Assembly (NCBI GenBank): GCA_963766735.1
Contig: CAVYBU010000025.1
Location: 32,001 to 96,000 of the forward strand
DNA: 64,000 nt
Source: an uncultured Chloroflexia bacterium
GTDB lineage: Bacteria; Chloroflexota; Limnocylindria; Limnocylindrales; CSP1-4
Direction of reading: 5' to 3'
Shown here: one piece after another, positions 61,467-64,000 of the stretch
Layout: every line of letters begins with the position of its first letter
Position numbering within the stretch: the first letter of the stretch is position 1
Notes under the pieces: model-generated
What the model was told of the DNA's origin: nothing
The model's input: the letters and a program-made list of their open reading frames with translations, nothing else
The model's database searches: none
Translations under genes and position numbers: made by a program

Positions 61467-62200
61467 CGGGTGGCCGCCGACCGCTCGACGGGCATCGCGG
61501 CACGGTAGCCGACGCCGCGCACCGTGGCGATGTACCGGGGCTCGCCGGCGTCGTCGCCCAGCTTCTCCCGCAGGCGCTTGACGTACTGGTCGATCGCCCG
61601 GTCAAGCACGTCCCCTTCGCCGCCACCGTGGATCGCATCGAGCAGCTGGTCTCGGGAGAGGACACGGCCCCCGGCCTCGAGCAGGGCCGTGAGCAGGCGG
61701 AGCTCGAGCGCGCTGAGCGGGACGACCTGCCCTTCGACCGTGACGGTGTGGCGCCCGGGGTCCAGGACGAGGGCGCCCATCGCCAGGACGGAACCGGGCC
61801 GCGCCTCGGCTCGCTCGGTCCGGCGGAGGATCGTCCGCACGCGCGTGACCAGCTCCGCCGGCGAGAACGGCTTGGGCAGGTAGTCATCGGCGCCCTCGCT
61901 CAACCCCAGGATCCGGTCGCCGACGCCCGCGCGGGCCGACAGCACGAGGATCGGGACCTCGCCCAGCTCACGCGCCCGGCGGATCACCGTGAGCCCGTCG
62001 ATCTCCGGGATCATCAGGTCCAGGACGACGAGGCGGGGCGTGTCCTCCTCGATCGCGCGGAGGGCGGATCGCCCGTTCGTTGCCGTCACGACGGTGAACC
62101 GCTCGCGCTCGAGGTAGGTGCGGACCAGCGCGACGATCTTGGGATCGTCGTCGACGACGAGGATCGGGGCCGAGGGGGGCGGGGTGGGCACGAAGGGCAT
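61463..62200 (-). CDS. OmpR-family response regulator (start approximate)
   Basis: ILVVDDD, LDLMIP..DG, GADDYLPKPF, TVRGVGY. Confidence 0.93.
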   Translation of the reverse strand: MPFVPTPPPSAPILVVDDDPKIVALVRTYLERERFTVVTATNGRSALRAIEEDTPRLVVLDLMIPEIDGLTVIRRARELGEVPILVLSARAGVGDRILGLSEGADDYLPKPFSPAELVTRVRTILRRTERAEARPGSVLAMGALVLDPGRHTVTVEGQVVPLSALELRLLTALLEAGGRVLSRDQLLDAIHGGGEGDVLDRAIDQYVKRLREKLGDDAGEPRYIATVRGVGYRAAMPVERSAATR

Positions 62201-62230
62201 CATGGCGCCCCGAAGCGTCGGCGACAACCA

Positions 62231-62247
62231 TGACGGGTCCGTGACGG
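62231..62247. promoter_or_regulatory. Candidate OmpR-type binding box
   Basis: TGACGG-N5-TGACGG direct repeat (11-bp period) between the regulator and the divergent secreted-protein gene. Confidence 0.5.
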
Positions 62248-62352
62248 CGGGTCATCTGTGCGTCGCGCCCCGCCGCGACAGTGCGGCCAGCCCCGGATTG
62301 CCGGGACGGCCGGCCGGTCGGCCCACCCACCGGCGCACGCGGAGAACCACCC

Positions 62353-62766
62353 ATGTACCGACGTCTCGTCTCCGGCATCGCCGCCGCCGCGATGCTCCTC
62401 TCCATCGCCGCAACCTCCGTCGCGGCCGGCGGGCCGCCGGCGCTCGCGTTCTACGTGGACGGCGCCCAGTACCGGACCGTCGGCACCCCAACCGACTTCA
62501 GCCGCACGGGCGCCCCGGCGTCGTCATACGACCGCATCTACGTGCTCGGCGGTGACCTCGTCAACGTGGCCGACGCCAAGCCCGGCGACCGCGACTTCAA
62601 TGGCGGCCGCTGGATGGTCCTGCCGGTCACCTGGCACGTCGCACCGGTCCAGCTCACCAGCGCAGAGCAGGTGGAGGCCCTGGACGCGAACGGATCGCTG
62701 AGCATCGCGGATGCGCCGGTGAAGCTGTTCGAGTGCCCCGTCATCCCGGTCGGCGGCCGCCGCTGA
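62353..62766 (+). CDS. Small secreted hypothetical protein
   Basis: GGAG RBS; Sec signal MYRRLVSGIAAAAMLLSIAATSVAA; PGD.DFNGGRW and FECPVI motifs. Confidence 0.8.
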   Translation: MYRRLVSGIAAAAMLLSIAATSVAAGGPPALAFYVDGAQYRTVGTPTDFSRTGAPASSYDRIYVLGGDLVNVADAKPGDRDFNGGRWMVLPVTWHVAPVQLTSAEQVEALDANGSLSIADAPVKLFECPVIPVGGRR

Positions 62767-62775
62767 TCCTGGCCC

Positions 62776-62834
62776 GGGTGCGGGGTCGTCGCCGGCCCCG
62801 CACCGACCCGGCGGTCGTCGCCGGCCCCCGGGTC
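62776..62834. terminator. Tandem GC hairpins between convergent genes
   Basis: Stems GGTGCGGGG/CCCCGCACC and GACCCGG/CCGGGTC, each enclosing GGTCGTCGCCGG. Confidence 0.5.
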
Positions 62835-63832
62835 TAACGCTGCAGTGTCTCGCCGCGGTCGAGCCGGATCACCCGCCGGTCGGTCACGATCGCGGTGATC
62901 AGCGAGGCCGGCGTGACGTCGAACGCCGGGTTGAGGACGCGGGTCCCGGGCGGAGCGCTCCGGACGCCGCGGAACGACGTCACCTCATCCGCGCCGCGCT
63001 CCTCTATCTCGATGTCCGCTCCGCAGGCGGTTGCCATGTCCATCGATGACTCCGGCGCCACGACCAGGAACGGGACCCCGGCGTGGCGAGCCGCAAGGGC
63101 GAGCGAGAGGGAGCCCACCTTGTTCGCGGTGTCACCACTCCGGGTGACGCGGTCGGCGCCGATCAGGACGACGTCCGCCAGGCCGCGGGCGAGGACCGAG
63201 GCGGCCGCCGAATCGACCAGCAGCCGAAATGGCGCACCCATGCCGGCCAGCTCCCAGGCGGTGAGTCGCGCGCCCTGGAGCAACGGCCGCGTCTCGAGCG
63301 GCAGCGCCTCCTCGAGCAGGCCGCGCGCGTGCAGCTCGCCGATCACGCCCAGGGCGGTCCCACGCTCCACGGCCGCGAGGGCACCCGTGTTGCAGATGGT
63401 CATGGCGCGGACGAGGGGCCGTGGAACCAGCTCGCGGACAAGGTCGGCTCCCAGCGAAGCCATCGAGGCAGACGCGGCGATGTCCTCGTCCCGGATGCGG
63501 AGCGCCTCGTCCAGCACGGCCGCCGGTCCCGCCTGCAGGCAGGCGAGGGCGCGATCCACGCCCCAGGCCAGGTTGACCGCGGTGGGCCTGGCGGCACGCA
63601 GGCGGACGGCCCCGGCCCGGACGGCCGCCTCGTCCCCCGGGTTCGCCGCCGCGAGCAGCGCCACGCCTAGCGCGCCGGCCACGCCCAGCGCCGGTGCGCC
63701 GCGGACCGCCAGTCGCGCGATGGCATCGATCAGCGAATCCACCGAGCCGATGCGCAGGACGACGAGATCGTCGGGGAGGCGGGCCTGGTCGATGAGGCGG
63801 ACCTCGCCGTCGACCCAGTCGATCGTTCGCAT
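62834..63832 (-). CDS. mtnA: S-methyl-5-thioribose-1-phosphate isomerase
   Basis: VRGAPALG, ARPTAVNL, CNTGALA, ETRPLLQGARLT, GADR, ANKVG, NPAFDVTP. Confidence 0.95.
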   Translation of the reverse strand: MRTIDWVDGEVRLIDQARLPDDLVVLRIGSVDSLIDAIARLAVRGAPALGVAGALGVALLAAANPGDEAAVRAGAVRLRAARPTAVNLAWGVDRALACLQAGPAAVLDEALRIRDEDIAASASMASLGADLVRELVPRPLVRAMTICNTGALAAVERGTALGVIGELHARGLLEEALPLETRPLLQGARLTAWELAGMGAPFRLLVDSAAASVLARGLADVVLIGADRVTRSGDTANKVGSLSLALAARHAGVPFLVVAPESSMDMATACGADIEIEERGADEVTSFRGVRSAPPGTRVLNPAFDVTPASLITAIVTDRRVIRLDRGETLQR

Positions 63833-63901
63833 GACCAGTTGATCTTCGCAGGTGCGGCCACGGGATCGGGGGGGGCCGCGCGGAAGAGCTCAGGATCGGC
63901 G

Positions 63902-64000
63902 TCAGGCTGCCTCTGCCGGGACCGGAACGACGTCGGCCGCCGGGTCCCGCCGCTCGACGACCAGCGCGGCCTCCAGCACCGCGATCCCGCCCACCATCTC
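63902..64000 (-). CDS. 3' end of an upstream gene, possibly an EamA/DMT-like membrane protein (partial)
   Basis: ...EMVGGIAVLEAALVVERRDPAADVVPVPAEAA-stop. Confidence 0.35.
   Translation of the reverse strand, partial: EMVGGIAVLEAALVVERRDPAADVVPVPAEAA

Noticed and set aside
62776-62834. Guanidine-II-like paired hairpins (GACGAC loops on the minus strand)
   Set aside because: They lie between two convergent stop codons, not in a 5' leader, so a terminator or REP-like element fits better

Overview
High-GC bacterial chromosomal segment. Gene content and many leaderless -10 boxes suggest Chloroflexota or an actinobacterium-like organism (inference only). Many genes between 2.4 and 37.6 kb and at 48.3-50 kb carry single-base frameshifts, most likely long-read assembly errors. 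Layout: (1) 1-16.7 kb, a surface-polysaccharide locus (polymerase tail, asnB-type amidotransferase, glycosyltransferases, wbuXYZ-type module, an internally deleted IS3 remnant, wzc, priming sugar transferase, CapD-type dehydratase, DegT aminotransferase, VanZ). (2) 17-26.8 kb, a hydrolase, a membrane protein, a MoaD-MoaE fusion, a lysine 5,6-aminomutase alpha-like protein that lacks its active-site motifs, HxlR/HtrA, tyrosine phenol-lyase and an MFS transporter. (3) 26.9-37.6 kb, an apparently complete corrinoid-dependent demethylation module (two non-pyrrolysine MttB, corrinoid protein, RACo activator, MetF-MetV-like fusion, methyl-THF methyltransferase, DUF1638, UroD-family protein). (4) 40-48 kb, hypFCDE, an ArsB/NhaD transporter with a candidate leader peptide, and PPK2. 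(5) 48-55 kb, a partial pyrimidine-degradation set (NCS1, ureidopropionase remnant, PreA lacking its Fe-S tail), an aldo/keto reductase, a proline iminopeptidase and an agmatinase. (6) 55-64 kb, a multiheme cytochrome/NrfC/NrfD operon with no catalytic subunit and a Cys-rich pseudo-receiver regulator, a two-component system and mtnA. No rRNA, tRNA or CRISPR array was seen.
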